Shown: positions 48,370-58,623, counted from the stretch's first letter. The stretch: DNA of 64,000 nt from Candidatus Kerfeldbacteria bacterium RIFCSPHIGHO2_12_FULL_48_17 (GCA_001818775.1 MHKD01000042.1:41022-105021), one strand, 5' to 3'. The notes: a model not told the origin generated them from the letters alone. Numbers and translations: made by a program.

Positions 48370-49365
48370 TTAGACTGTTCCTGTCTTCGTTACCGCAAAA
48401 ATGTCACGAATAACTTCCTCAACACTGACTTCATCAATGAAAATATCATCAACCGGAAGTTCCTCGAGAATATGCGCCGCTATTTTTTTATACTGGGCCT
48501 TGGCGACATGCAAAACAGCCCGCTTTGGCGCAAATTCACTCACTTTACCGTATTTTTTGAGATCATTACGCTTCATCTCCTGCGTAAAGGTAATCTTCAA
48601 CAACTTATAATCAGCATGCTTATCAATCAACTCCTGCAAACTGCCGTCATAAACAATCCGGCCCAGGTTCACGATGATAACGCGTTTACACAGCTCCATA
48701 ATGTCGTCCATGTAGTGGGACGTCAGCAAAATCGTGGTCTTTTTTTGTTCATTATATTTTTTCAGGAAAGTGCGGATATTTTGCTGAGAAGTAACATCAA
48801 GACCGATCGTCGGTTCATCGAGGAAGAGCACTTTAGGTTGATGCAACAGTGCAGCCGCGAGTTCACACTTCATACGCTGACCAAGGGAAAGTTTCCGCAC
48901 CGGAATCGTCAGAATATCCTGAATTTCCAGGAGTTCGGACAGTTCCTTGAGTGAGGCACGAAAAACTTTTTCGGGAATTTCGTAAATGGTTTGATTCAGC
49001 AGGAAGGTTTCCATCGCCGGTAAATCCCACCACAGCTGATTTTTCTGACCCATGACCAGACTGAACTGCTTTTGGAATTCCGGCTTGCGGTCCCAGGGCG
49101 TAAAACCCAAAACATTCACCTTACCGGACGTTGGGTACAAAATACCGGAAAGCATTTTAAGGGTCGTGGTTTTGCCGGCACCATTGGGACCAAGAAAACC
49201 CACAAATTCACCCTGTTCAATCGAAAAATTTACTTCCTTTACCGCTTCTGTCAGCAATTTTTCTCGGTGAAAAAGACTTTTGAGCGAACCCAAAAGGCCA
49301 GGCGGCTTTTTGTAATAGGTGTAGGTTTTGCGTAAATTTTGGATGTCGATAATGGGTTGTTTCAT
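48370..49365 (-). CDS. ABC transporter ATP-binding protein
   Basis: GPNGAGKTT, LSLGQRMK, FLDEPTIGLD, TSH. Confidence 0.95.
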   Translation of the reverse strand: MKQPIIDIQNLRKTYTYYKKPPGLLGSLKSLFHREKLLTEAVKEVNFSIEQGEFVGFLGPNGAGKTTTLKMLSGILYPTSGKVNVLGFTPWDRKPEFQKQFSLVMGQKNQLWWDLPAMETFLLNQTIYEIPEKVFRASLKELSELLEIQDILTIPVRKLSLGQRMKCELAAALLHQPKVLFLDEPTIGLDVTSQQNIRTFLKKYNEQKKTTILLTSHYMDDIMELCKRVIIVNLGRIVYDGSLQELIDKHADYKLLKITFTQEMKRNDLKKYGKVSEFAPKRAVLHVAKAQYKKIAAHILEELPVDDIFIDEVSVEEVIRDIFAVTKTGTV

Positions 49366-49371
49366 AAAAAT

Positions 49372-49400
49372 ACTATACCAAGTTTTTTGCTAATTGTAAA
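49372..49400 (-). promoter_or_regulatory. Promoter positioned for a leaderless transcript of the ABC ATPase
   Basis: TTTACA, 17 bp, TATAGT (TG extension), 6 nt, then ATG 49365. Confidence 0.6.
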
Positions 49401-49425
49401 GTAAATACGCCGATGAGGGCGGACA

Positions 49426-50235
49426 CTAACTGCTGGCGCTGGAATAACTTTTAAGCGCGCGGTTCCACAGGAAGCGGGCGGAAAGAAAGAATACCGCGGC
49501 TGTTAAAAACCCAAACACCACATACCACCAATCAACCTTGCCGAGAAAAATTTCAGCCGGAACAGCTCCCATGAAAACAACGGGTAAAATCGTTGCTGCC
49601 AAAAATCGGAAGAGCTTTCCCTGAAAAATCTGGCGCGGATAACGGCCAAAATTACTGATGTCCTGAACAAATATACTGATTGACCAGGTATTGATCGTCT
49701 TAAAATTAATGGTTCGTAATATAACCAAAAAACTCAGCAGAATAACGACGCCAAAGAAAAGAAAAAGAATGTATAAAATAATAATCCAGACCGGCGGAAA
49801 AGAATACAGAAAAACATAACGCCCCAGGAGAAAAAGTGCCAGTGAAAAATCAACAACCGTTTCCGGCTGTATTTCACTGAACCCGATCAGGGCCAGCGGA
49901 TGCATCGGCCGAACCAACATTCGGTCAAAAGAACCAATGCGAAGCATATAATCAAAGCGCCACATACCGCTCATAAGGAAAAGCCAGGAAATACTCTGTA
50001 TAATAAAATAGGAAGCGAGAATAACCAGCGCCTCATCATGACTCCAACCGGCAACGGCGGGTATATTGGCATACAAAAATTCAATAAACAGCAACGAAGA
50101 AACGGCGCTCAACACATTAATACTGAACTCAGCAAAAAAACTGGCACGGTAGGCCAAACGTACCTGTAAAGCCAGGCGCAAATAGCGCCAGAAAACAACA
50201 AAGTATCTTTGGATTGAATAAAAAATATTGCTCAT
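49426..50235 (-). CDS. ABC-2 family permease (DUF990-type), B-type
   Basis: YRASF, G.FDRMLVRP, RYP..IF, C-terminal YSSASS; start at ATG 50235. Confidence 0.85.
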   Translation of the reverse strand: MSNIFYSIQRYFVVFWRYLRLALQVRLAYRASFFAEFSINVLSAVSSLLFIEFLYANIPAVAGWSHDEALVILASYFIIQSISWLFLMSGMWRFDYMLRIGSFDRMLVRPMHPLALIGFSEIQPETVVDFSLALFLLGRYVFLYSFPPVWIIILYILFLFFGVVILLSFLVILRTINFKTINTWSISIFVQDISNFGRYPRQIFQGKLFRFLAATILPVVFMGAVPAEIFLGKVDWWYVVFGFLTAAVFFLSARFLWNRALKSYSSASS

Positions 50236-50236
50236 A

Positions 50237-51019
50237 CTAACCACCATACGCTTCATAACGTCGCAACCCATAATACCAGATAGATTGGCCGGCTGCAGCA
50301 AAAAATACTGTCCAGGCTATCAGCATCAGGGCAAAAAATCCGGCGTGCGAAAAATCACCCGCCAACATCCGAGCTGGAACATAATAAAAATACTGAAACG
50401 GCAAAAAAGCATTGATCTTGATCAGCCACTGCGGAAAGGCATCAACCGGTAAAATCCTGCCGCCCAGGAAACCGGCAATAAAAATCCAGGACAGAATAAA
50501 ACCCCAGGCACTGTCGGTGAAAAACGCAATCGTACCCAGAAAAAAATAAACAACGAACATCAAAAAAAACATTCCCACGACAAAAACCAGATACATCAAA
50601 AAAGCTTCGAGGAGTAGATAATGACCGAATATAAGGACGCAAAAACCAATAACATAGAGTGGGATAATAAAAATACCGTTGCCGGTGCGATGGCCAAGGT
50701 TAATGCAAAACCAGTACCAAAATCCGCGCAAAGGTTTCAGAATAAAATTGAGAACATTCCCCTGCCGTATATCATCGGACAAAATCCAGGCTACGGCATC
50801 ACTCGCCGACAAAGAAATAAAAGAAACACCAAAATAGTACAAGAGAATATCGCGAAATTCAAAACCAGCCAGGCTGTTGCCTTCGGAATAAATCGTCGAC
50901 CACAACAAAACAAAAACACCCAGCATCAGGAATTCCTTGAAAATGAGAAAAACCAGATTAAAACGGTAGGCCAGGGCGTCCTGGAACGATAAAAAAACGG
51001 TTTTAAGATATTTGTGCAT
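50237..51019 (-). CDS. ABC-2 family permease (DUF990-type), A-type
   Basis: AYRFN, DIRQG....LKP, G.ILP...FP, LPF.Y..YVP, C-terminal YEAYGG. Confidence 0.85.
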   Translation of the reverse strand: MHKYLKTVFLSFQDALAYRFNLVFLIFKEFLMLGVFVLLWSTIYSEGNSLAGFEFRDILLYYFGVSFISLSASDAVAWILSDDIRQGNVLNFILKPLRGFWYWFCINLGHRTGNGIFIIPLYVIGFCVLIFGHYLLLEAFLMYLVFVVGMFFLMFVVYFFLGTIAFFTDSAWGFILSWIFIAGFLGGRILPVDAFPQWLIKINAFLPFQYFYYVPARMLAGDFSHAGFFALMLIAWTVFFAAAGQSIWYYGLRRYEAYGG

Positions 51020-51067
51020 AAGTTTACATATCTTAGCACAAAAATAAACCGAAGTAAAACCGAAAAC

Positions 51068-51883
51068 CTAATTACTGGCGCTGGAATAGTGTTTGATGGC
51101 AAATTTCCAAAACAAGAGCGACCCGAAAAAAACCGCACAGGCAATGACAAAGGCAAAAATAAGGTACCAGGGATCGGAACGGTGGAGTAAAATTTCTGCC
51201 GGCAGGGTGGCAAAAAGACTGACCGGCAGGATGAAAAGCAAAACCGTGCGAACGTGGCCGGTAAATGCAGAAACAGGATATTTCGCTGCCATAAAAACGC
51301 GCTCCATTAAACGCCCAACACCCTGCGGATTGACCGTCCAGAAAGCGACGCCGGCTAGAAATATCATCAAGCCGAAGTAAAACATAACCCCCAGGAAAAG
51401 AAACAGCAAAAAAAGTGTAAAATCAAAGGCCGTGAACACGAACCCACCCTGGGTAAAAACATACCACCAGAGAAAAATAACCGGCGGCAAGCTGGTCACA
51501 TCAAACCAGTCAATAATACGGAAAGAGACAAAAAACAAGGGGCTTATCGGCCTGATGAGAGTGAGATCAAATTCCCCACGCAGCAAAAGATCAGGAAACC
51601 AGTACGCCAAATTTCTGTGAAAGGTAATAATCACAATCACCTCAAAGGTGAGATAGATTGTTGTCAAAAGCAAGATCTCGTTGAAATCCCAACCGGCGAA
51701 TGATTTGACATGAAAAAAAATCGCCTGAAAAAAGACAACAACAAGAATGGCGCGCAGCATCTTGGCAAAAACGCCAATAAAAAAAGTGCCACGTGAGGAT
51801 ATATTCACCATAAGACTCACTTTTGCCATAACTTGAAAGACGTGGAGATACTTGAAAAATTTTCGAAAAAATTTCATAAGCAT
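51068..51883 (-). CDS. ABC-2 family permease (DUF990-type), B-type
   Basis: GEFDLTLIRP, KYP, C-terminal YSSASN. Confidence 0.85.
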   Translation of the reverse strand: MLMKFFRKFFKYLHVFQVMAKVSLMVNISSRGTFFIGVFAKMLRAILVVVFFQAIFFHVKSFAGWDFNEILLLTTIYLTFEVIVIITFHRNLAYWFPDLLLRGEFDLTLIRPISPLFFVSFRIIDWFDVTSLPPVIFLWWYVFTQGGFVFTAFDFTLFLLFLFLGVMFYFGLMIFLAGVAFWTVNPQGVGRLMERVFMAAKYPVSAFTGHVRTVLLFILPVSLFATLPAEILLHRSDPWYLIFAFVIACAVFFGSLLFWKFAIKHYSSASN

Positions 51884-51884
51884 A

Positions 51885-52694
51885 TTATATACCCGAAGCC
51901 GAATAAACTTTCATCCCCCGCCGCCAGAGCACGACGGACACGGAAAAAATAATCAGCAGCCAGGCAACAGCCGTCAGGAATTCAATAGCAATTTCTGTAG
52001 CGGAAAAATTACCCAGATACAACTGCATCGGAACATACGCAAAAAACTTAAACGGCAGAAGATTGAGAAACTGCAACCAACCCGCCGGAAACAGACTCAG
52101 GGGTAAAAGTATACCCGAAGCCAACTCCATGATAACACGCAGCAGCGTGCGCGGACCCCAGGTCTGATCAAACCAAAACGCCATGATACTGAAAATATAG
52201 AACAAACCAAAGTGTATCAGCGCGGCCAGCAGCGTGAAAAAAAGGAGCAGGAAAGCCGCAAAAACAGAAACCGGTGGAACCAGGCGACCTGCAAAAAACC
52301 AAAAAATAACAGCGTAGGCAAACAAGCCGATAAAAAAAGTAAAATATTTCCGGCACATATCCTTGGCCAACCACATAAGGTTCGGACTGACGGGTTTGGC
52401 AAGCCAGGCCGAGAGACCACCCTTGTTGATATCATCACTAATATCATCCCCCTGACGGTGGAGTAATAAAAAAGAAGAAATCACGCCGCCACCGAGAACA
52501 TAGGTTATCATCTCCGGCTGCGAAAATCCGGCAATAACCTGCGCTGAACCAAAACGAAACAACAATGTCCAGACAGCAACCGTAATAAGCGTCTGAAAAA
52601 TTCCGCCAAAGACTTCCAGAAACAAATTTAAACGGTACGCCAAATACTGCTGCCAGGTGAGTTTAAAAATCGAAACATATTTCCGCAGTTGCAT
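51885..52694 (-). CDS. ABC-2 family permease (DUF990-type), A-type
   Basis: AYRLN, DINKGGLS.WLAKP, SGILLPLSLFP, LPF....YVP, C-terminal YSASGI; start at ATG 52694. Confidence 0.85.
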   Translation of the reverse strand: MQLRKYVSIFKLTWQQYLAYRLNLFLEVFGGIFQTLITVAVWTLLFRFGSAQVIAGFSQPEMITYVLGGGVISSFLLLHRQGDDISDDINKGGLSAWLAKPVSPNLMWLAKDMCRKYFTFFIGLFAYAVIFWFFAGRLVPPVSVFAAFLLLFFTLLAALIHFGLFYIFSIMAFWFDQTWGPRTLLRVIMELASGILLPLSLFPAGWLQFLNLLPFKFFAYVPMQLYLGNFSATEIAIEFLTAVAWLLIIFSVSVVLWRRGMKVYSASGI

Positions 52695-52704
52695 GTCCGC
52701 TGCC

Positions 52705-53940
52705 TCAAGCCAATAAAATATCAAGCATAGCGTGAACGCGACGTGTCCACGTATGCGGCGCCACAGCCTGCTGACGGGCTCCGCCTTGCGCTTCTGAATT
52801 CATTTCCAGGACGCGCTTGATATGAAAAGAAAACTCCTCAGCAGTCAACGCAACCTGTATGTATTCAGGAAACAAATCAACGCCGGCAACAGGAGTACTA
52901 ACGACCGGCTTTCCGCAGGCCAGATATTCGTAAATTTTCATCGGGTTCATCGTTTTTGTGAAGGCATCAACCCGATGCGGCAGTATGCCGACATCAAAGT
53001 GCTGTATATATGCCGGCAACTCAGCGTACGTCTTCTGCCCGAGGAACCGAACGTTGGGGTATTTCTGTAATTTGGCCGCACCGGCGCCGGGCCATACCAA
53101 ACCGACAAACACAAATGCCCACTCGGGATGCGCCGCGACAACGTCCTCAAGTAATTCAACATCAAGCCGGCTCTGAATGATACCGTGATACCCGATAATC
53201 GGCTGCATAATATCAGAAAACTCCGCCGGCCGCGGTCTCTGCGCAGCATAATGATCGCTGTCAACCCCATTGGAAATCCAGTGCACCGAAGCATGACCGG
53301 GAAATAAACTGTGGAGATCTTTAGCTACCGTGAAAATAGCCCGCGCATGAGTCGCAATGGTTCGATAATTTTGCCTAATACGATCGCGAATCACCACATA
53401 CTCAGGATGATGCGACCAATCATCAACCGCATCAAATACGGCCACGTCATGGGGAATGGAACGGAAACAGTCGACTTCAAGCGGATTATATGACCACAAA
53501 ACCACGTTGTGAAACTGAAGCTTCTTCATGATTTCCGGCACATGATCCAGGGTAAGCCCGGAAAAAGTATACACCTTTGACGATACGCTCTGACGCGTAA
53601 CCTTATACGTCAAGCCGCGGACAGCAACATTCCTGCCGCCCTGCCACAGCCCCGCCAGTATATATTCTTTCAGCTTCCGCTTCACCGTTTGCGGAACAAA
53701 ATCAACCGACAAAATCTGACGTACGCGTTTATCCTTACTCAGCGCTTCGAGTATAGCCAGATTACGGTTAAAAACGCCCGCATAAAATTTTTTTGCCAAT
53801 GCCGGCTGCCATCGCACGAAACGCCTCAGCCAACTAACCGAAGAACCATGCCATTCAAAATCAGCCGACATGTTCAGCATGACGATATCGATTGGTTCAT
53901 TCTTTCGCAAACTCATAGACGCTACCTTAATGGAGGTCAT
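52705..53940 (-). CDS. GT4 glycosyltransferase (TuaH-like)
   Basis: FDAVDDW, ISNGVD, GYHG, NPMKIYEYLACGKPVVST. Confidence 0.88.
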   Translation of the reverse strand: MTSIKVASMSLRKNEPIDIVMLNMSADFEWHGSSVSWLRRFVRWQPALAKKFYAGVFNRNLAILEALSKDKRVRQILSVDFVPQTVKRKLKEYILAGLWQGGRNVAVRGLTYKVTRQSVSSKVYTFSGLTLDHVPEIMKKLQFHNVVLWSYNPLEVDCFRSIPHDVAVFDAVDDWSHHPEYVVIRDRIRQNYRTIATHARAIFTVAKDLHSLFPGHASVHWISNGVDSDHYAAQRPRPAEFSDIMQPIIGYHGIIQSRLDVELLEDVVAAHPEWAFVFVGLVWPGAGAAKLQKYPNVRFLGQKTYAELPAYIQHFDVGILPHRVDAFTKTMNPMKIYEYLACGKPVVSTPVAGVDLFPEYIQVALTAEEFSFHIKRVLEMNSEAQGGARQQAVAPHTWTRRVHAMLDILLA

Positions 53941-53951
53941 AAAATAGGTTC

Positions 53952-55082
53952 TTAGCGCTGCCCTGACGCACCATCAACCAAACGTTCAAACTTCTGCGCC
54001 TGAATATTCCATAAAAAATCACGCTTCACGCGTGACCGCGCCTGTTCGCCCCATAATTTCCGCTGCTCCGGCCGCTGAATCAGCGTCTCAATCACATCAG
54101 CCAATTCACGGGCATCACCATCGCGAATAATATAGCCTGTCTGCTGATGGACGATGGCATCGGCCATACCCCCGCTGTCCGAAGCAATACTTGGTTTCCC
54201 GAACAACGCCGCTTCCAAAAACACTATGCCAAAACCCTCAACATCCACGCCCCCTTGGTCAGCGCGGGCAGGCATGACAAACACATCACACGCCCGGTAG
54301 GCAGCTGCCATGTCAGCATCAGAAAGTTGATACAAAAAAGTAACGCGCGATCGCAAACCCAGAGAAACAACCACCTTTTCCAGCAGGGTCTGTTCCGGAC
54401 CGGTACCGACGATGAAATAATGCCAGTTATGAATCCCCCGCCCCGCAATATCAGCAAGAGCTGAAAGCACCAAATCATGCCCCTTGCGCTCAACCAGCCG
54501 CCCCACCGTCAATAAAACGAAACAATCCTTCTCCAAACCAAACTCCTGCCGAAAATCACGCTGGCTCGGTAAAAGCTCCGTTACCCCCGGCGGCAGCAAA
54601 GAAATTTTTTCCGCGGATACGCCGCCCTGCACAAGCATACCACGGGTGAATTCACTCACCGAGGTGACAAACCGAGCGCGCCGGCAAATCTGCTGCATAA
54701 GCCAGCGTTTCCGCCACGAACGTTGCGGCAAAGTGACATCCATGCCGTGCGTCAGCACCGAATACGGCAGACGCCATATAAAAGATAAAAGCCAAACCAC
54801 GGTGCCGACCGGCAATACCTGCCCCACGGCAATATGCTTGCACTGATGCTTTCTGGCCGCGCGAAAAATGTGCCAAAAAAGGGGCAGCCACTGCGGCCAC
54901 CAACGCCACACAAGAGACCGGCGCACCACGGAAAACACGGCCTCGTCAACAAAACCATGGGCCCGTGGGGCTAAAACCACAATACTCCCAGCGGATAGAT
55001 GACGGCACAAATTATCATAATAACGGGCGACACCACCCCTTTGCGGGGGAAAATCAAGCGTGACGAGTAGCGTTTTCTTCAT
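53952..55082 (-). CDS. GT4 glycosyltransferase (PimB-like)
   Basis: DFPPQRGG, VGRLVERKG, EGFGIVFLEA. Confidence 0.9.
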   Translation of the reverse strand: MKKTLLVTLDFPPQRGGVARYYDNLCRHLSAGSIVVLAPRAHGFVDEAVFSVVRRSLVWRWWPQWLPLFWHIFRAARKHQCKHIAVGQVLPVGTVVWLLSFIWRLPYSVLTHGMDVTLPQRSWRKRWLMQQICRRARFVTSVSEFTRGMLVQGGVSAEKISLLPPGVTELLPSQRDFRQEFGLEKDCFVLLTVGRLVERKGHDLVLSALADIAGRGIHNWHYFIVGTGPEQTLLEKVVVSLGLRSRVTFLYQLSDADMAAAYRACDVFVMPARADQGGVDVEGFGIVFLEAALFGKPSIASDSGGMADAIVHQQTGYIIRDGDARELADVIETLIQRPEQRKLWGEQARSRVKRDFLWNIQAQKFERLVDGASGQR

Positions 55083-56560
55083 AGCGCCTTTTTCCTTAAA
55101 AATACGCGCAAAAAATCACCCATCTCCTGCCGGGTCAAAGCACCGAATAAAAACAAAGATAGACTGTAAACAACAGCGCTGATGAGAATCAAAACCACCA
55201 GGTGCCATTTCTCGGTAAAATACGGCTCAATAAAATACAAAATCAACGCCATGAAAACACCGGCCGCAAAAATCTTTATGAATTTTGCGACCAAATAGCG
55301 AATATTGAACGACTGAACCCGGTACACGAGCGGTAAACCCAAAAACAGCAAAACGATTGTGGAAATAAGCGCAGCGATGCTCGCTCCGATGAAGTGATAC
55401 TGGGGAATGAGAAAAAAATTCACCACCACATTGATGAGCAGGGCAATACCCATGTTCACCGTGTTGCGTGTTTGCAAATTGGCCGCATTGAGGAAATTAC
55501 CAACCGGATAATTCAAAAACAGAAAAACCAAACTCACCATAAAGATCTGTAAAGCAAGTCCCGAAGCTGCAAAGACCGGGCCATACACGCTCACCACAAA
55601 ACGTTCAGCCAACACCAGAACGCCAGACGTTATGGGTATGCTGACCAGCGTCAGATAAAACATGGACTGTTCAAAAACCGGCGCCACCTTCTCCCGCGCA
55701 TGAATAAGGTGATGACTCATGGCCGGAAAAAAACTGGTGGCAAAAGCGCCGGGCAATACCGTTAAGGCCATGGTGAGTTTGAATGCCACTTGGTACCAAC
55801 CCACGTGATCTTCGGTGGTATAGGCCTGGATCATAACCGTATCAATCGAACCGTTCAGGCGGAAAAAAATACCGGCCAAAGCAAACGGTGCGGAAATTTT
55901 AAGCATGCGCCGGAACTGCGACCAGGCAAACAGCGGCGCCACCCTAAGATGCGCCTTAAAAATCACCAAGAAAAGTGAATACGAAAACTGAAAAACACTC
56001 CCGAGAAGAATAGCACCGATGAGAAAATGCAAAGGCAGGCGCATAAGGAGCACGGCCATGCCGGCACCAACAATGACGAACTGGTAGACGATAATACCAA
56101 TGGCTTCATACAGCAGGCGCTGCTTGGCGCGAAAAATGGAATAAAAAGTAAAAGCGAAGGTATCAAGCACGATGATTCCTGACGCCAGATACGACAATTG
56201 CAACGTATCCGGCGGCAGGTGGACGAATGTAGTATATATCTGAAGAGAAACGAACAAAGCAATGAGCGCGCCAATAACCAACAGAATCTTCAACCCAACC
56301 ATACGCCGCAAATTCAGCTCCAGGGTGGTTTCATCTTTCGCTCCTTCACGGGTAAGTATCGGCCCAAGACCAAAATCCATGAAAATAACAAAGATGGAAG
56401 TGAATGTCAGCGCAAAAGCATATTTACCGAGATTCCCATGGCCGATACTCTGTGCAATGAAGGCAAAATAAAAAAACGACAAAATCTTTTGCACCATAAA
56501 GGCTATGGTAAGAAATGTCGTATTTCTTGCGAGGTTGTGTTTTTTATTTGCAGATGTCAT
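55079..56560 (-). CDS. Wzx/MurJ-like polysaccharide flippase
   Basis: LARNT, GKYAFA...DFGL, DTVMI, VGWY..A, LIPQY..IGA; ~14 TM helices. Confidence 0.9.
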   Translation of the reverse strand: MTSANKKHNLARNTTFLTIAFMVQKILSFFYFAFIAQSIGHGNLGKYAFALTFTSIFVIFMDFGLGPILTREGAKDETTLELNLRRMVGLKILLVIGALIALFVSLQIYTTFVHLPPDTLQLSYLASGIIVLDTFAFTFYSIFRAKQRLLYEAIGIIVYQFVIVGAGMAVLLMRLPLHFLIGAILLGSVFQFSYSLFLVIFKAHLRVAPLFAWSQFRRMLKISAPFALAGIFFRLNGSIDTVMIQAYTTEDHVGWYQVAFKLTMALTVLPGAFATSFFPAMSHHLIHAREKVAPVFEQSMFYLTLVSIPITSGVLVLAERFVVSVYGPVFAASGLALQIFMVSLVFLFLNYPVGNFLNAANLQTRNTVNMGIALLINVVVNFFLIPQYHFIGASIAALISTIVLLFLGLPLVYRVQSFNIRYLVAKFIKIFAAGVFMALILYFIEPYFTEKWHLVVLILISAVVYSLSLFLFGALTRQEMGDFLRVFLRKKAL

Positions 56561-56629
56561 GGGAAGAAATATCAGGAGATGTTTTCAGACCAGCAAAAAC
56601 CGAGTACAACCACCACATTTGACGCAGCC

Positions 56630-57073
56630 CTAGCGCTTCGACCACTGCGGAGCACGACGGGCACGCTTGAGACCATATTTTTTGCGCTCCTTCACACGCG
56701 GATCACGTTTCAAAAAACCGGCGCGTTTCAGTAGCGTCCGCCATTCCGGGTTAAACAACTGCAAAACCCGAGCAATACCATGCCGAATACTTTCGGCCTG
56801 ACCACGCAAACCGCCACCCTCAACCTTCACGGAAATATAAAACTTACCTGCGGCATCAACCACCTGCAGAGGAGCTTCAACCATACCCTGCCAATAGCTG
56901 TTGACGAACACCTCATGCAAAGGCTTGCCGTTAATAACCAGCCTGGGTTCACCCTTCTTATACAGTCTTACACGCGCAACGGCTGATTTCCGTCTGCCAA
57001 CGGCATACACATAGCCCTGCGCAACAGCATGGCTCTTTGATTTTGATGCCGGTTTGGTGATTTTTTCTGTCAT
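56630..57073 (-). CDS. rpsI: 30S ribosomal protein S9
   Basis: GRRKSAVARV, GGGLRGQA, C-terminal RAPQWSKR. Confidence 0.98.
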   Translation of the reverse strand: MTEKITKPASKSKSHAVAQGYVYAVGRRKSAVARVRLYKKGEPRLVINGKPLHEVFVNSYWQGMVEAPLQVVDAAGKFYISVKVEGGGLRGQAESIRHGIARVLQLFNPEWRTLLKRAGFLKRDPRVKERKKYGLKRARRAPQWSKR

Positions 57074-57076
57074 GGA

Positions 57077-57460
57077 TTATGAGTTAAAACGAAGTCGGTT
57101 CATTCGGTCTTTGCGCTGATTGTTGTTAGGCAACATATTGTAAACAGCACCGCCAATAAGTTTACGGGGATCCTTTTTCAAAACTTCAGCAGCCGTCTGG
57201 GTTTTCAGCGATCCGGGATAGCGGGAATGACGGTAAAAAAGCGCCTGCTCAAATTTACGGCCCGTCATTTTCACCTGGGCAGCATTGGTAATCTCAACAA
57301 TATCGCCACCGTCAATATTATTCTTGATGGTGCGCTTGTGTTTCCCCATAAGCAAAATCGAAATCTTCGTAGCTAATCGGCCCAGCGGAACATTGGCAGC
57401 ATCAATAATATGCACTTTACGAACGATATTCTTGGATGGGGAAACAGAAATCTTTTTCAT
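57077..57460 (-). CDS. rplM: 50S ribosomal protein L13
   Basis: IIDA...LGRLAT, GKHK, HSRYPG, MLPNN; start at ATG 57460. Confidence 0.95.
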   Translation of the reverse strand: MKKISVSPSKNIVRKVHIIDAANVPLGRLATKISILLMGKHKRTIKNNIDGGDIVEITNAAQVKMTGRKFEQALFYRHSRYPGSLKTQTAAEVLKKDPRKLIGGAVYNMLPNNNQRKDRMNRLRFNS

Positions 57461-57464
57461 ACGT

Positions 57465-57827
57465 TTATACGAATTCAATGATAGCCATTTCTGCTGCATC
57501 GCCCTGGCGCAGGCCGACTTTCACCGTACGGGTATATCCACCCGGACGTTTGGTATATTTGGGGCCAAGATCTTTGATCAAAATATCAATAGCCATTTGC
57601 GCTTCGGCACCATTGCCGAGCTGACGCAAAAGCTCACGGCGGGTTTGTAAACCGCTTTTCCCGGCCTTGGTTACAAGTCTTTCAACACGAGAACGGAGCA
57701 CTGAAGCTTTGGCACGGGTGGTCTTCACTTTCTTGTGTATAACCATTTTGCACAGCAAAGAACGCAACAAAGCCGCACGAGCCGGTGCCTTTCTATCGAG
57801 TACTTTTTTACGTTTCCTGTGTCGCAT
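57465..57827 (-). CDS. rplQ: 50S ribosomal protein L17
   Basis: MRHR, RPGGYTR, R.GDAA.MAIIEFV. Confidence 0.97.
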   Translation of the reverse strand: MRHRKRKKVLDRKAPARAALLRSLLCKMVIHKKVKTTRAKASVLRSRVERLVTKAGKSGLQTRRELLRQLGNGAEAQMAIDILIKDLGPKYTKRPGGYTRTVKVGLRQGDAAEMAIIEFV

Positions 57828-57840
57828 ACAATATCAAAAT

Positions 57841-58623
57841 TTATTCCTTTTCTTTATCAGTTTCGGCCTCCGCCTCGACCGGGGCCGTCTTCTTCGACTC
57901 GCCGTCATCAATTTCCGGCATTTCAACACCCTCCGGAGCAGCCTGACCGCTCAATAAAACAAAGTGATCAACCAAAATCTGCGCGGAATCCTTAAACGCC
58001 TGCTCAGGGGTGATGGAACCGTCCGTTTCAATATCCAACGTCAAAGAGTTGTAGTTGGTATACTGCTCGACACGGACATTTTGCACGGTGAAATTCACGG
58101 TGCGAACCGGTGAATAAATGGCATCAACTTCAATAGTGCCAATTTCCAAATCCTTTTTCTCCTGACTCTCAACCGGCACATAGCCGCGGCCATTCTGCAC
58201 CCACAAATCCATGGTCAATTCACCGCTCTTCGTAGTAATGGTGGCAATTTCATGATCAGGATTGACGATTTCCACCTGGGCATCCTTGGTGATATCCTTG
58301 GCCGTCACGGTCTTTTGGCCCTTGGCATGAAGCGTCAATTTCACCGGTTCATCAGAATGCGAAATCAGACGCAGCTTTTTGATGTTAAGCATAATGGAAA
58401 CAACGTCTTCCTTGACATCAGGCACTGCTGAAAACTCATGATCAGCGCCCTTAATCTTTATAGCCGTAACCGCAGATCCCGGTAAAGAAGATAAAAGTAC
58501 GCGACGAAGGGTGTTGCCGATCGTGGTACCGTAACCCGGGTGCAATGGCTGCATGATAATCTTCGCACGATTCTCGCTGACAGTTTCCACACTAATGCTT
58601 GCGGGAAGTTTTATATCTTGCAT
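57841..58623 (-). CDS. rpoA: RNA polymerase alpha subunit (NTD only, no alpha-CTD)
   Basis: GYGTTIGNTLRRVLLSS, GRGYVP, DAIYSPV, IETDGSI; ends in an acidic tail at 260 aa. Confidence 0.96.
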   Translation of the reverse strand: MQDIKLPASISVETVSENRAKIIMQPLHPGYGTTIGNTLRRVLLSSLPGSAVTAIKIKGADHEFSAVPDVKEDVVSIMLNIKKLRLISHSDEPVKLTLHAKGQKTVTAKDITKDAQVEIVNPDHEIATITTKSGELTMDLWVQNGRGYVPVESQEKKDLEIGTIEVDAIYSPVRTVNFTVQNVRVEQYTNYNSLTLDIETDGSITPEQAFKDSAQILVDHFVLLSGQAAPEGVEMPEIDDGESKKTAPVEAEAETDKEKE

